A stretch of DNA of 64,000 bases from a virus. The position numbers were made by a program, and so were the translations under genes. Positions 1 through 8,471 of the stretch are shown here, in pieces. Each line of letters begins with the position of its first letter. Position 1 is the first letter of the stretch. The notes under the pieces were generated by a model, which was not told the origin of the DNA, did no database searches, and was given only the letters and a program-made list of their open reading frames with translations. The DNA lies in the IMG/VR virus record IMGVR_UViG_3300042890_002721, positions 1 to 64,000 of that record; one strand, 5' to 3'.

Positions 1-464
1 GCACATGATTTATCAATATTGAATGAACTAGCATCCTCTGCTGGTAATCTATCTGAAGCATCAACCCAAACCACCAAATCAAAAATACCTTGTTTCAAAC
101 ATTCTTCAATCTCTTCTCTATCACGCATCCCTACATAACAATCAGAACGTTCTAAGATACCTTTGGCTAATCTTGCTCTATCATCTTTATTGTAATCACA
201 AATAGCTTTATACCACTCTTCTCTATGATTTACTCGGTCCTCAAAACATTCCTCTGGTGTTGAGTATCCGTACTTATCTTTCAACAAGTCATATAAGAAT
301 ATGTTTGCTGCTGATTGAGAAGAAGATTCAAATGTATAACCGAATTCAATATTCAATAATTCAGCTAGACTATCTTTTCCATGTCTCATATGCCCGATAA
401 TGAGCAACTTAGGTTTTATTTCTATACCTAAAAATTGTTTAAATAATTTTTCTCCTAATTCCAT
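1..464 (-). CDS. P-loop nucleotide (dNMP) kinase-like protein, runs off window start
   Basis: Manual translation MELGEKLFKQFLGIEIKPKLLIIGHMRHGKDSLAE...; Walker A-like GxxxxGKD; not in ORF track because truncated. Confidence 0.7.
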   Translation of the reverse strand, partial: MELGEKLFKQFLGIEIKPKLLIIGHMRHGKDSLAELLNIEFGYTFESSSQSAANIFLYDLLKDKYGYSTPEECFEDRVNHREEWYKAICDYNKDDRARLAKGILERSDCYVGMRDREEIEECLKQGIFDLVVWVDASDRLPAEDASSFNIDKSC

Positions 465-482
465 CTTATTACATTTTTAAAT

Positions 483-740
483 TTAATCCCACTCTTCAAA
501 AGTTTGTTCTCTATTCTCGATTACACAACGTAACCCTTTTAGTATATCACAATGATATGTAACAAATTTACCATCAATCACCATCACTGTGTTCACACCC
601 AAAGCTGTAAAGAACTTATCTTTATCAATCTCATGTTTTTCTAAGATAGTCATTATCTCACTACCCAAGAATCCTTGCATATGTTTGGTTGGGTAGTCGT
701 AAATAAACGACTCAACATTTTCACTAGTTAACTTTTCCAT
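483..740 (-). CDS. hypothetical protein
   Basis: ORF track 483..770; likely ATG start at 740 (MEKLTSEN). Confidence 0.7.
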   Translation of the reverse strand: MEKLTSENVESFIYDYPTKHMQGFLGSEIMTILEKHEIDKDKFFTALGVNTVMVIDGKFVTYHCDILKGLRCVIENREQTFEEWD

Positions 741-897
741 CTTTATCCTTATTTTTGTCGTAAAATTCAATATCTACAAGAATATAAGCACCAATCATCA
801 ACATGATTGTCTCAAAACCAAGAAAATAAGCCCATATCTTAAACATAATAAAATATAAGACGTATTTTGCTATTTGACTATTTAATAATTTTTCCAT
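724..897 (-). CDS. small membrane protein (57 aa)
   Basis: Manual translation MEKLLNSQIAKYVLYFIMFKIWAYFLGFETIMLMIGAYILVDIEF...; directly behind TATATTTG promoter at 901. Confidence 0.6.
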   Translation of the reverse strand: MEKLLNSQIAKYVLYFIMFKIWAYFLGFETIMLMIGAYILVDIEFYDKNKDKDGKVN

Positions 898-942
898 ATA
901 CAAATATACAAAAATTATTTTGATTATGCAAGTTTTATAAAT

Positions 943-972
943 AAAAAAAACCCACCATAATGATGAGTTTTT
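943..972 (-). terminator. intrinsic terminator closing the RNA operon
   Basis: AAAACTCATCA-TTA-TGGTGGGTTTT followed by T run on minus strand. Confidence 0.7.
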
Positions 973-979
973 AATGTTT

Positions 980-1061
980 CAGAATAGAATTTGGGAATTG
1001 AACCCTTTCATTTAAATTTATGCAAATTTTAATTTAACCTTGTGTTTGCTGAATCTATTCT
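980..1061 (-). ncRNA. CAGCAA-stem element A (contains tRNA-like T-arm)
   Basis: AGAATAGA-TTCAGCAAAC...GGGTTCAATTCCC...TCTATTCT-G; 8-bp closing stem. Confidence 0.6.
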
Positions 1062-1067
1062 TTTTAG

Positions 1068-1137
1068 TAGCGAATCTGGAGTCGAACCAGCCCTTCGGGT
1101 TATGAGCCCATTATGCAACCACTTACACCATATCACA
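1068..1137 (-). tRNA. degenerate tRNA-Met(CAT), initiator-like, possibly pseudo
   Basis: D-arm, GGG-CTCATAA-CCC anticodon arm, CTGG-TTCGACT-CCAG T-arm; acceptor TGTGATA/ATTCGCT has several mismatches. Confidence 0.6.
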
Positions 1138-1142
1138 ATATT

Positions 1143-1637
1143 TTATTTGGTTGATTCCAATGATTTTTTAATTATATATGATATAGTACCTTTTGAAGAT
1201 ATGTCATATTTAACCATTAGTTCAGTGAAACTAAAACCGTTATTTCTATCATTAATAATATCATGATGATTGTATTTCAAATTAGCTTTACTAGCAGTAT
1301 ACACCCTTTTTTCTTTAGGTATATCTAACATGTTTTCACTTTGAGTTCCAATCCCGATATTTTCATATGAGTTATCCGTTGATACCCCGTTTAAATGTCT
1401 AACTACCATATCTTCGCCAAAAATAATATCACCAAATTTTTGAAAAGCTTGAAGTTTATGAACAAAAGACCTAGTTGGGTTTAACCCCTTCTCTAATCTA
1501 ATATTAAAAGATAAGTAACCCTTTTTAGTTTTACTCAATGATATTGATTTACCGTTGTTATTTGTAACAATACCGTTTTCATCAACAACATAACCTCTTT
1601 CATTACTATTTCTAGTAATCATCTCTTGTTTAGTCAT
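1143..1637 (-). CDS. HNH homing endonuclease
   Basis: VHKL...VVRHLNGVSTDNSYENIGIGTQSEN HNH_3-type motif, C-terminal HTH-like segment. Confidence 0.85.
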   Translation of the reverse strand: MTKQEMITRNSNERGYVVDENGIVTNNNGKSISLSKTKKGYLSFNIRLEKGLNPTRSFVHKLQAFQKFGDIIFGEDMVVRHLNGVSTDNSYENIGIGTQSENMLDIPKEKRVYTASKANLKYNHHDIINDRNNGFSFTELMVKYDISSKGTISYIIKKSLESTK

Positions 1638-1716
1638 TTTTTTTTTATTAACTTCTTAGTCACCCAACATTAGGTGTGCAATAATCACTACGTGCAAGTG
1701 AGTTAATACGATTATC

Positions 1717-1789
1717 TAGCGACAGAAGGATTCGAACCCCCGACCTCAAGGTTATGAGCCTTGCGAGCTGACCACTGCTCCATGTCGCA
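1717..1789 (-). tRNA. tRNA-Met(CAT), initiator-type
   Basis: Full cloverleaf TGCGACA/TGTCGCT with 1:72 mismatch, CAAGG-CTCATAA-CCTTG, TTCGAAT loop; CCA not encoded. Confidence 0.9.
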
Positions 1790-1794
1790 ATATG

Positions 1795-1866
1795 TCGGTT
1801 ATAATGGATTCGAACCATTTTTCTTCGTCCTCCATGGACGATGTATTTCCCTAATACTACTAACCG
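1795..1866 (-). tRNA. tRNA-Pro(TGG), atypical anticodon loop
   Basis: CGGTTAG/ATAACCG-A (C1-G72, A73), TCGTC-CATGGAG-GACGA, AATGG-TTCGAAT-CCATT. Confidence 0.75.
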
Positions 1867-1870
1867 AGTT

Positions 1871-1934
1871 TGACCAGAATCAATTTTTTTTCTTTATATA
1901 GTAGAGTTTAATTGCTGTAATGATTCTTTTGTCA
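1871..1934 (-). ncRNA. CAGCAA-stem element B
   Basis: TGAC-AAA-AGAATCA-TTACAGCAAT...TGATTCT-G-GTCA. Confidence 0.6.
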
Positions 1935-1940
1935 ATATCT

Positions 1941-2140
1941 TATCTCAAGGTGTAAGTTCGTTTTTATTTTACATGACTAACGTGTACATGGTAGTAGATT
2001 TTACATGCCCTCACAACATGTTCAGTTTTATTCAACGAACAACCACACCTAAGTGACTGCTTTTTTGTGTATAGAGACTGGACTCTTCCATCTTAGAATT
2101 TGTAGTTTTTGTTCGTTTGCTGAACACACCTTTTTAGATA
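1941..2140 (-). ncRNA. CAGCAA-stem element C (long insert)
   Basis: TATCT-AAA-AAGGTGT-GTTCAGCAAAC...ACACCTT-G-AGATA. Confidence 0.6.
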
Positions 2141-2154
2141 ATTTTTATAATAAG

Positions 2155-2162
2155 TAAAGAAC
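2155..2162 (-). promoter_or_regulatory. boxA-like antitermination element
   Basis: ACGTTCTTTA just after the RNA operon promoter; same sequence precedes the tmRNA at 3535..3542. Confidence 0.55.
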
Positions 2163-2180
2163 GTTTGTTTTAATATATAT

Positions 2181-2213
2181 GCAAATATACAACAAAAACA
2201 CACCCGTGTCAAG
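2181..2213 (-). promoter_or_regulatory. Bacteroidetes-type sigma70 promoter of RNA operon
   Basis: CTTGACACGGGT...GTATATTTGC (-7 TAnnTTTG). Confidence 0.7.
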
Positions 2214-2235
2214 TAATTTTTAATTTATTTTTAAT

Positions 2236-2466
2236 TTATTCTGTAACTTGTTGATTATCAACACTAATTTCTTGTACTATTTCTTCAATAATCAAGAACA
2301 CATCTTGAGTCTTATTGAATGTATGTACCACATTGATTACTTTATGGTATTGGTCATTTAGAAAAATGTATTCATTAATTCTAGGGATAATAGATAATTT
2401 TAGGTTCCTTTTTATTGGTTGCCATTTACTATCTAATATTGATATAGTATATTTAAGTTTGAACAT
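2236..2466 (-). CDS. hypothetical protein
   Basis: ORF track; TATTTATA motif upstream. Confidence 0.65.
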   Translation of the reverse strand: MFKLKYTISILDSKWQPIKRNLKLSIIPRINEYIFLNDQYHKVINVVHTFNKTQDVFLIIEEIVQEISVDNQQVTE

Positions 2467-2544
2467 AGTATAAATATATTTATTATTTTGTTATAGTAAA
2501 GTATTTATAGATAAATAATAACATACTTTTAATTCTTAGAAAAC

Positions 2545-2613
2545 ATGGGATGCGGATGCGGAAAACCAAAAGGTACTACACCACCACCACCACCACCACC
2601 ACCAAGCAGATAA
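2545..2613 (+). CDS. 22-aa Cys/poly-Pro peptide MGCGCGKPKGTTPPPPPPPPSR
   Basis: Manual translation; GTATTTATA at 2501 upstream, terminator at 2635 downstream. Confidence 0.6.
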   Translation: MGCGCGKPKGTTPPPPPPPPSR

Positions 2614-2634
2614 GCTTGATAGTTGTAGACACTA

Positions 2635-2662
2635 AAGAGGACCCATTATAGGTCCTCTTTTA
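2635..2662. terminator. bidirectional terminator
   Basis: AAAGAGGACC-CATTATA-GGTCCTCTTT between convergent genes. Confidence 0.75.
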
Positions 2663-2665
2663 TTT

Positions 2666-2980
2666 TTAGTTTTGTTCACTAGGTTCGTCTGGTGTTTCTT
2701 CAATCGTAGGTTCTTGTTTTGGTGGTATTTCTTTTGAGTTTTTGTTTTTAATCGCATGATAAGTTGTCATACCAAATAATGCAGCTATAAAACTATAATC
2801 AATTGTTAAAACCATTTCTAATTGTGTTAGATTACCTAGTGTTAACCATTTTACATGAATAATAACAACCAAAAGGACAATAATAAAAGCTACTATTTTT
2901 CTAGTACTAAAACCACCTTCTTTTATATCTAAACTTTTAATTAGATTATCTGTAATTTTATCTTTTAATTCTTGTTTCAT
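2666..2980 (-). CDS. two-TM membrane protein, holin-like
   Basis: FSTRK followed by two hydrophobic helices and a charged tail; likely start MKQELK. Confidence 0.55.
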   Translation of the reverse strand: MKQELKDKITDNLIKSLDIKEGGFSTRKIVAFIIVLLVVIIHVKWLTLGNLTQLEMVLTIDYSFIAALFGMTTYHAIKNKNSKEIPPKQEPTIEETPDEPSEQN

Positions 2981-3032
2981 AATATATTGTTTTATAATAA
3001 ATATCCACAAAAAAATTTTATTATAAAACAAC

Positions 3033-3063
3033 AAAACCCCAACAAAGCGACTTGTTGAGGTTT
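3033..3063 (-). terminator. terminator after tmRNA
   Basis: AAACCTCAACAA-GTCGCT-TTGTTGGGGTTTT. Confidence 0.65.
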
Positions 3064-3157
3064 AAAATTTCTTACTCAAAGGCGATACGTGAGCAGAATC
3101 ATATAGATTATTTGTTTTTATACTATCACTAAAAACCGAAAAGCACAAAAAACGGTC

Positions 3158-3527
3158 TGGTGGAGATGGGGGGAATCGAACCCCCGTGTTGAATATTCTT
3201 CAAAAGCCTTCTACATGTTTAGGTCATGATTTGCAAAACCATCCGAAACTTTACTACCTCTTTTTACCGTGTAATTTAAGCTTCACACCAGATGGATTAC
3301 CATTATCTTGGTGGATTACCACCATCGGTAGGTTACTACCATTAGCAATTATTAGGCAACTGCAACCTCTCCTCCAATTACAGACATGCTGCATTCGTCA
3401 AGGAAATTTTCTGATACGATGAAATCGTTGTCAATTCAATTGTTTAATAGACAGATTTAAGTGCTTCCAATCTAGCACTACATGCTTACCAATTACGACT
3501 ATAATCAGTCAATACCTTGGCATCCCC
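3158..3527 (-). ncRNA. ssrA: tmRNA
   Basis: 5' GGGGATG...GGTATTGAC, 3' GGGGGTTCGATTCCCCC-CATCTCC-ACCA with G3.U70; internal tag ORF ending TAATAA. Confidence 0.92.
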
Positions 3528-3792
3528 ATAAAATTAAAGAACGTGTTTTATAAATATGTGGGTTCTTACTAGAAAAACCCACTATCTATATTTCTCTCTA
3601 CAAAGTTACAACATTTATAAACAAAATGCAAGTAAAATCGTATTTATTTTTCAATTAATTCAAAAATAACTTTATATAACTCATTAACTGCTGTTTCATC
3701 ACCATCAATAAAGTCATATTCAACATCATAATTATTCAATAGAGTTTTAATGTCTTTGTCTTTTACTTTTTGTCCTTCTAAGGTATCAGCCA

Positions 3793-4491
3793 TTATTTTT
3801 TAGGTTTTTTGATAATTATATCATCGATAATACCGTAAGCTTTAGCTTCATCAGCGTTTAACCACATATCACGATTTGTATCGATTAAAACTTGTGCTGG
3901 GTCTTTATCAGTGTATTCACCCAATAATCTGAATAACTCAGTGTTGTATTTCTCACCTTCAGCGATAGAAACACGAATGTCTTGTAAGTTACCAGAAGCA
4001 CCAGTTGATACTTGGTGTAACATTACTCTACTGTGAGCAAGGCTATAACGTTTACCTTTGGTACCAGCACCTAATAAGATACTTCCCATACTTGCTGCCA
4101 TACCAGTGTTGATTGTTGCAATATCAGAAGTAATGTAGTTCATAACATCAACAATTGATAAACCACTTTTAACACTCCCACCAGGTGAATCAACATGTAG
4201 TATAATATCTTTAACCTCTAAGTTATCCAAGAACATAAGTTGTGCTTGTGCAACTGTACTCATTCTATCGTTAACTGGTCCAGCTAACCAAATGATTCTA
4301 TCCATCATAAGTCTTGAAAAGATATCCATCTGAGTAACACGCATTTCTCTTTCTTCAAGAATGTATGGTGTTAATGATGCTTGTGCTCCGTATAGTCTAT
4401 CTTGAGTTTGCTCCCAATAGTGGAATTCTAAAGATGAAATACCCATATGCTTGATAGCATAGTTTTTAAATTCGTCTGTAATGTTGTTCAT
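3793..4491 (-). CDS. clpP: ATP-dependent Clp protease proteolytic subunit
   Basis: DIFSRLMMDRII, DSPGGSV, GMAASMGS, MLHQ, RDMWLNADEAKAYGIID. Confidence 0.97.
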   Translation of the reverse strand: MNNITDEFKNYAIKHMGISSLEFHYWEQTQDRLYGAQASLTPYILEEREMRVTQMDIFSRLMMDRIIWLAGPVNDRMSTVAQAQLMFLDNLEVKDIILHVDSPGGSVKSGLSIVDVMNYITSDIATINTGMAASMGSILLGAGTKGKRYSLAHSRVMLHQVSTGASGNLQDIRVSIAEGEKYNTELFRLLGEYTDKDPAQVLIDTNRDMWLNADEAKAYGIIDDIIIKKPKK

Positions 4492-4500
4492 GTTTTCTTT

Positions 4501-4764
4501 TTATTTTAAAACTTCACTTACTTTAGTGAACCAATCTTTATTACCTTTTTTTCTTATTTTTTGTTTAACCAAAGCATAATAATATGTTTCATCTTTATAT
4601 AAAAATGACATTATATTATTATTATTTTCAATTTCAGTTAAACCATATTTTTCAACCATTTTATTAAACTTATTTCTACCAGCGTTAAGTTTTTTCATTT
4701 TAACATATGCTGAATAATTCATTTCAACACCATTATGTTCTAGTTTAAAATCTTCACCAGACAT
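4501..4764 (-). CDS. hypothetical protein
   Basis: ORF in tightly packed operon. Confidence 0.7.
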   Translation of the reverse strand: MSGEDFKLEHNGVEMNYSAYVKMKKLNAGRNKFNKMVEKYGLTEIENNNNIMSFLYKDETYYYALVKQKIRKKGNKDWFTKVSEVLK

Positions 4765-4767
4765 ATT

Positions 4768-5073
4768 TTAAAAAAAATTTGTTGCTATTATTATTGGTGT
4801 ACCTTCACCCATCCATGCTGACTTGATGTTGTAACCGTAATAGTCCAACGCCATTTCTACTCTAATATCGAATTCATCTCTACCATCCAAGTCTTCTGGA
4901 TAAACTTCCATTTGTTCAGTTAGGATTTCGATTATCTTGTCTTCATCATAAGCCACTACTGGACCTAAGTTAGGTCTTTCAGCTATCCCCAATATAGCAT
5001 CATCAAACCCATCCATAAATAATGCTTCTGGGTTTGATTCAACTAATATTTCTTGTGCTTCTTCCCTAGTCAT
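4768..5073 (-). CDS. hypothetical phage protein
   Basis: DGFDDAILG...VVAYD...YNIKSAWMGEGTP. Confidence 0.8.
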   Translation of the reverse strand: MTREEAQEILVESNPEALFMDGFDDAILGIAERPNLGPVVAYDEDKIIEILTEQMEVYPEDLDGRDEFDIRVEMALDYYGYNIKSAWMGEGTPIIIATNFF

Positions 5074-5525
5074 TATGAGAATTGTTTTTTACCAGATGTT
5101 TTAGCATTTTTAGCTTCATCTTCTGCTTGTTTTTCAACATCGTAAAGTGATTTAACTGATTCTCTAAGTGTTTCAACAGTTTCAAAACCATATTTACGTA
5201 TTACACCACTAAATGCTGTAAAATCTTCTTTTTTGATTTCAATAGCTTCTTTTTCTTCATTGTAAAAGATACCAGCTAAAGATTCTTCAGCAATAATTAT
5301 TTGTTGCTCCTCTGGTAATTGCTCAAAAATCTTCTCATTTAAAACAATGATAATATCATCACTAGTTCTAAATTTCATCAAAGCATTAGCTTTTATTACT
5401 GTACTGATTTTCTTAGCTCTATTATCCGCTAAAATCGTGATGTTGATGTTTTCTAAGTTAGCATCTCCAATTAACTTAGTATACAAGTCTTGTGTGTCGT
5501 TAAACACTTCTTCGTATTTTGCCAT
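5073..5525 (-). CDS. hypothetical protein (phage metallopeptidase-like fold possible)
   Basis: ORF; start/stop overlap; no intact HExxH. Confidence 0.7.
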   Translation of the reverse strand: MAKYEEVFNDTQDLYTKLIGDANLENINITILADNRAKKISTVIKANALMKFRTSDDIIIVLNEKIFEQLPEEQQIIIAEESLAGIFYNEEKEAIEIKKEDFTAFSGVIRKYGFETVETLRESVKSLYDVEKQAEDEAKNAKTSGKKQFS

Positions 5526-5598
5526 AAAATTAAAATTTATTTGTTTATATTATTTTTTACAAATGTACTACTATATTACATAACATTCAAGTTAAATG

Positions 5599-6606
5599 TT
5601 ACACATTTTCAAAATTCTCTAATTTTTCTTTTAATTCAATAACCAAAGCTTTGGTATCGTCATCTAAATTTTTAGGTATATCAACACTTAGAGTAATCAA
5701 TACATCACCACGATTATCTTTACCGAAAGCTTTAAGACCTTTATTTTGAATTCTTAATTGGGAACCAACATCACTATATTCTGGAATGTTCATTCTAATT
5801 TTACCACCATCTATGGTGTTTACATCAATTTTACCACCTAATATCAAATGTGGGTAAGATAATTTAAGTGTCATTTTTAAGTCATTACCGCTTCTAACAT
5901 AAACATCGTTAGGTATTTCATTGATTCTTATATGTAAGTCACCATTATTACCACCTCTAACACCATGTCCTTTTCCAGCCATAACAAATATCATATCTTC
6001 AACAACACCAGATGGTATTTCAACTTCAATGGTTTCTTCAGTTAGTTTAACACCTTTACCTTGACAAGAGTTACATTTTGTATCGTATGTTAATCCTATA
6101 CCATCACATGAATAACATGGAATTGCTTGTTGTACTTGACCAAATGGTGTACTAAATGTTTGTATAATAACCCCATTACCATCACAGTCAACACAATCAT
6201 GTGCACTATGACCACCATGACCATTACAATCACCACATTTGTCATTTCGTTTATATTTATAATTTTTTTTAACACCAGTATAAATCTCTTCTAGTGTTAC
6301 CCTAACAACTAAGTTCATATTTTCACCAACTTTTTCTTGTCTAGTAAAATGTGCTCTTTGTTGTCTAGCTTGTTGTACACGCCTAGCACCATCATGACCA
6401 AATCTATCATAACTAGCTTTTTTATCTTTATCCGATAAAACTTCATAAGCTTCAGAAACTTCTTTAAACTTATCTTCAGCATCTTTACTACCACCATTTT
6501 TATCTGGGTGTAATTCTTTTGCTAACTTTCTATACGCTTTCTTAAGCTCTTCTGGTGTTGATGATTTACTTACACCTAAAACCACATAATAATCCCTTTT
6601 TGCCAT
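5599..6606 (-). CDS. dnaJ: DnaJ chaperone
   Basis: J-domain with HPD, four CxxCxGxG repeats, C-terminal domain. Confidence 0.97.
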   Translation of the reverse strand: MAKRDYYVVLGVSKSSTPEELKKAYRKLAKELHPDKNGGSKDAEDKFKEVSEAYEVLSDKDKKASYDRFGHDGARRVQQARQQRAHFTRQEKVGENMNLVVRVTLEEIYTGVKKNYKYKRNDKCGDCNGHGGHSAHDCVDCDGNGVIIQTFSTPFGQVQQAIPCYSCDGIGLTYDTKCNSCQGKGVKLTEETIEVEIPSGVVEDMIFVMAGKGHGVRGGNNGDLHIRINEIPNDVYVRSGNDLKMTLKLSYPHLILGGKIDVNTIDGGKIRMNIPEYSDVGSQLRIQNKGLKAFGKDNRGDVLITLSVDIPKNLDDDTKALVIELKEKLENFENV

Positions 6607-6663
6607 ATAAGTCTTTATTTTTTATACAAATATACTACATTATAACCAGAAAAACAAATTAAA

Positions 6664-7320
6664 ATGATATTTAGAGTAATATTAATTGCTAATGGTGTCT
6701 ATAAAAAGACTTTACATAAATCTAAAACAAGGGAAACTGCTTTCATAAATTATCATTCGATAAAAGAGAAAAACAACGTGCTTTATCCTAGGAAATTCAT
6801 TAACACTAATGAGATTAAACCAGTTAAATATCAGATATGTGTAACTAAAATAACCGAAGAAGGTGATACATTTAGATTATTAAGGGATGATTACGGTAAA
6901 ACATACACTGAAGAACCTATAGGTGATTGGACTATACTCGCTTCTGATGATTTCGAAGTTGAGGAAACATTTTGGTTATATGGATTTAACCCTAAAGCTG
7001 ATAGACCTAATATTAGTGAAGTAGTTAAAAAGTTAATGATTGGTGCTTATTCCAAAAAAATGGTAAAACAAATAATTGTTGTTTATAATAAGTTAATTAT
7101 CTATAATGAGGACCAATTTGATATGGTTATATGTAAGAACATGGAAGATGCTCAAAGACTTCACCATACGTTAGCTAAGATAGCTAAAAAGCAAAAGATA
7201 AAGAGTCTTTTGTTTATGGGGACAGCTAGTGATGTAATGGTTAGTAGGATGTATGATATTATTGTAGAGGAAACTGGTTGGAATATTATTAAAGTTCGTA
7301 GGACTACTACTAGACCTTAA
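6664..7320 (+). CDS. hypothetical protein
   Basis: 218-aa ORF filling the gap between minus-strand genes. Confidence 0.8.
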   Translation: MIFRVILIANGVYKKTLHKSKTRETAFINYHSIKEKNNVLYPRKFINTNEIKPVKYQICVTKITEEGDTFRLLRDDYGKTYTEEPIGDWTILASDDFEVEETFWLYGFNPKADRPNISEVVKKLMIGAYSKKMVKQIIVVYNKLIIYNEDQFDMVICKNMEDAQRLHHTLAKIAKKQKIKSLLFMGTASDVMVSRMYDIIVEETGWNIIKVRRTTTRP

Positions 7321-7535
7321 GATTTATCTTTTTTATTACCACTATTAAAGTAGAACCCCAATACCATAGATAAAAGCATTTTAAGCTCATCTTGAATGGT
7401 TTGTCCAGTCATCAAAAGATATACAAAAGACATAACCAAAACGATAGTAACCATATTGGTCATTATGTCTTTCCAAACATGTGATTGTTCTTGAGTCAAT
7501 TGTTTTTCAATAAACCATTTAATAAAATCTTTCAT
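7317..7535 (-). CDS. small two-TM membrane protein (holin candidate)
   Basis: Hydrophobic helices, VLGFYF; GTATTTAT upstream. Confidence 0.6.
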   Translation of the reverse strand: MKDFIKWFIEKQLTQEQSHVWKDIMTNMVTIVLVMSFVYLLMTGQTIQDELKMLLSMVLGFYFNSGNKKDKS

Positions 7536-7573
7536 CCGAGTATCTATATAACATAAATACCCAGATGTTTTAA

Positions 7574-7762
7574 TTAATTAAATAAAGATTCTAATTTTTT
7601 AACCAATAAATCGATTGTGATATTGTTTCTATCAATTTCTTCTTGTAGGTTTTGTGGGATATTAATTGCGTTTTCAGATTTAATCTTAGAATTGATTCTT
7701 TGTAATCTTTCACTTTCTCTGATACAATCATCATAGACTACTGCTTTTTGTTCATTTGTCAT
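7574..7762 (-). CDS. hypothetical coiled-coil protein
   Basis: Likely start MTNEQK. Confidence 0.65.
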   Translation of the reverse strand: MTNEQKAVVYDDCIRESERLQRINSKIKSENAINIPQNLQEEIDRNNITIDLLVKKLESLFN

Positions 7763-7766
7763 AATC

Positions 7767-8111
7767 TTAACATTTACATGACCCATCTGGGTTTTGACCA
7801 CATTCACATGGTTTATTTTCTATTAAAATTTCCTCCTCATTTAAACCCATTTCAGCAGCTATTGAGAAGTTAGTTTTAATGTCTTCAATGATTGTATTGA
7901 TTTTATCCATATCAGCCTCTTTAATCATAATTGGGTTGATACATTCAACTCTTTCTTCACCAGTAGTTGGTAGGAAGAAAGCTAATGCGTTAGCATTTTT
8001 TTGGTGTAACATATTATTAACTCCTTCAACAAAAGGTGTTATAATTTCTGTTTGTTTCATCATTTCTAAATCTAGATAAAACACAATAATCAATGGGTAA
8101 GTTTTTTCCAT
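7767..8111 (-). CDS. hypothetical protein, Cys-rich C-terminus
   Basis: Likely start MEKTYP; ends CECGQNPDGSCKC. Confidence 0.7.
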   Translation of the reverse strand: MEKTYPLIIVFYLDLEMMKQTEIITPFVEGVNNMLHQKNANALAFFLPTTGEERVECINPIMIKEADMDKINTIIEDIKTNFSIAAEMGLNEEEILIENKPCECGQNPDGSCKC

Positions 8112-8115
8112 AATT

Positions 8116-8364
8116 TTAAGCTTGTTCAATTGTTATTTCTTCAATGTAATTTTTGTATTCATCTTTGGTTAATGTAGAAGGGAAAGATGTTAATAAAACC
8201 ATATGGATTCGTTCTCTTTTAGCTTCTTCACCAATTTCAGTAAAAGCTGAAACTCTAATATCACCTTCCATAAGGTATATCAAATATTCACTTATTGTTT
8301 TATTTCTAAAGTTTTGACTAGAATATTTGTCAATCTCTTTAATTATAATCTTTTTATCAATCAT
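8116..8364 (-). CDS. hypothetical protein
   Basis: ORF; TAACTTTG promoter at 8399. Confidence 0.65.
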   Translation of the reverse strand: MIDKKIIIKEIDKYSSQNFRNKTISEYLIYLMEGDIRVSAFTEIGEEAKRERIHMVLLTSFPSTLTKDEYKNYIEEITIEQA

Positions 8365-8439
8365 TTTTTAAATTTAAATACTTCGTTATTTTTATATTCA
8401 AAGTTACTTAAATTAAACTATAGTGTAAATACTAAAAAC

Positions 8440-8469
8440 AAAAAAACCCCATAAATTATGAGGTTTTTT
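8440..8469 (-). terminator. terminator after element D
   Basis: AAAAAACCTCAT-AATTT-ATGGGGTTTTTT. Confidence 0.7.
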
Positions 8470-8471
8470 AA

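Noticed and set aside
1645-1716. Two small hairpins upstream of the HNH gene
   Set aside because: Could regulate translation but are short and match nothing recognisable
980-2140. CAGCAA elements as a CRISPR array
   Set aside because: Repeats are not identical, inserts vary widely in length, tRNAs are interleaved, and no cas genes are present
3033-3157. Hairpins downstream of tmRNA (two with TCGC-containing loops) as a separate ncRNA
   Set aside because: Explained by a terminator and trailer structure; no further support
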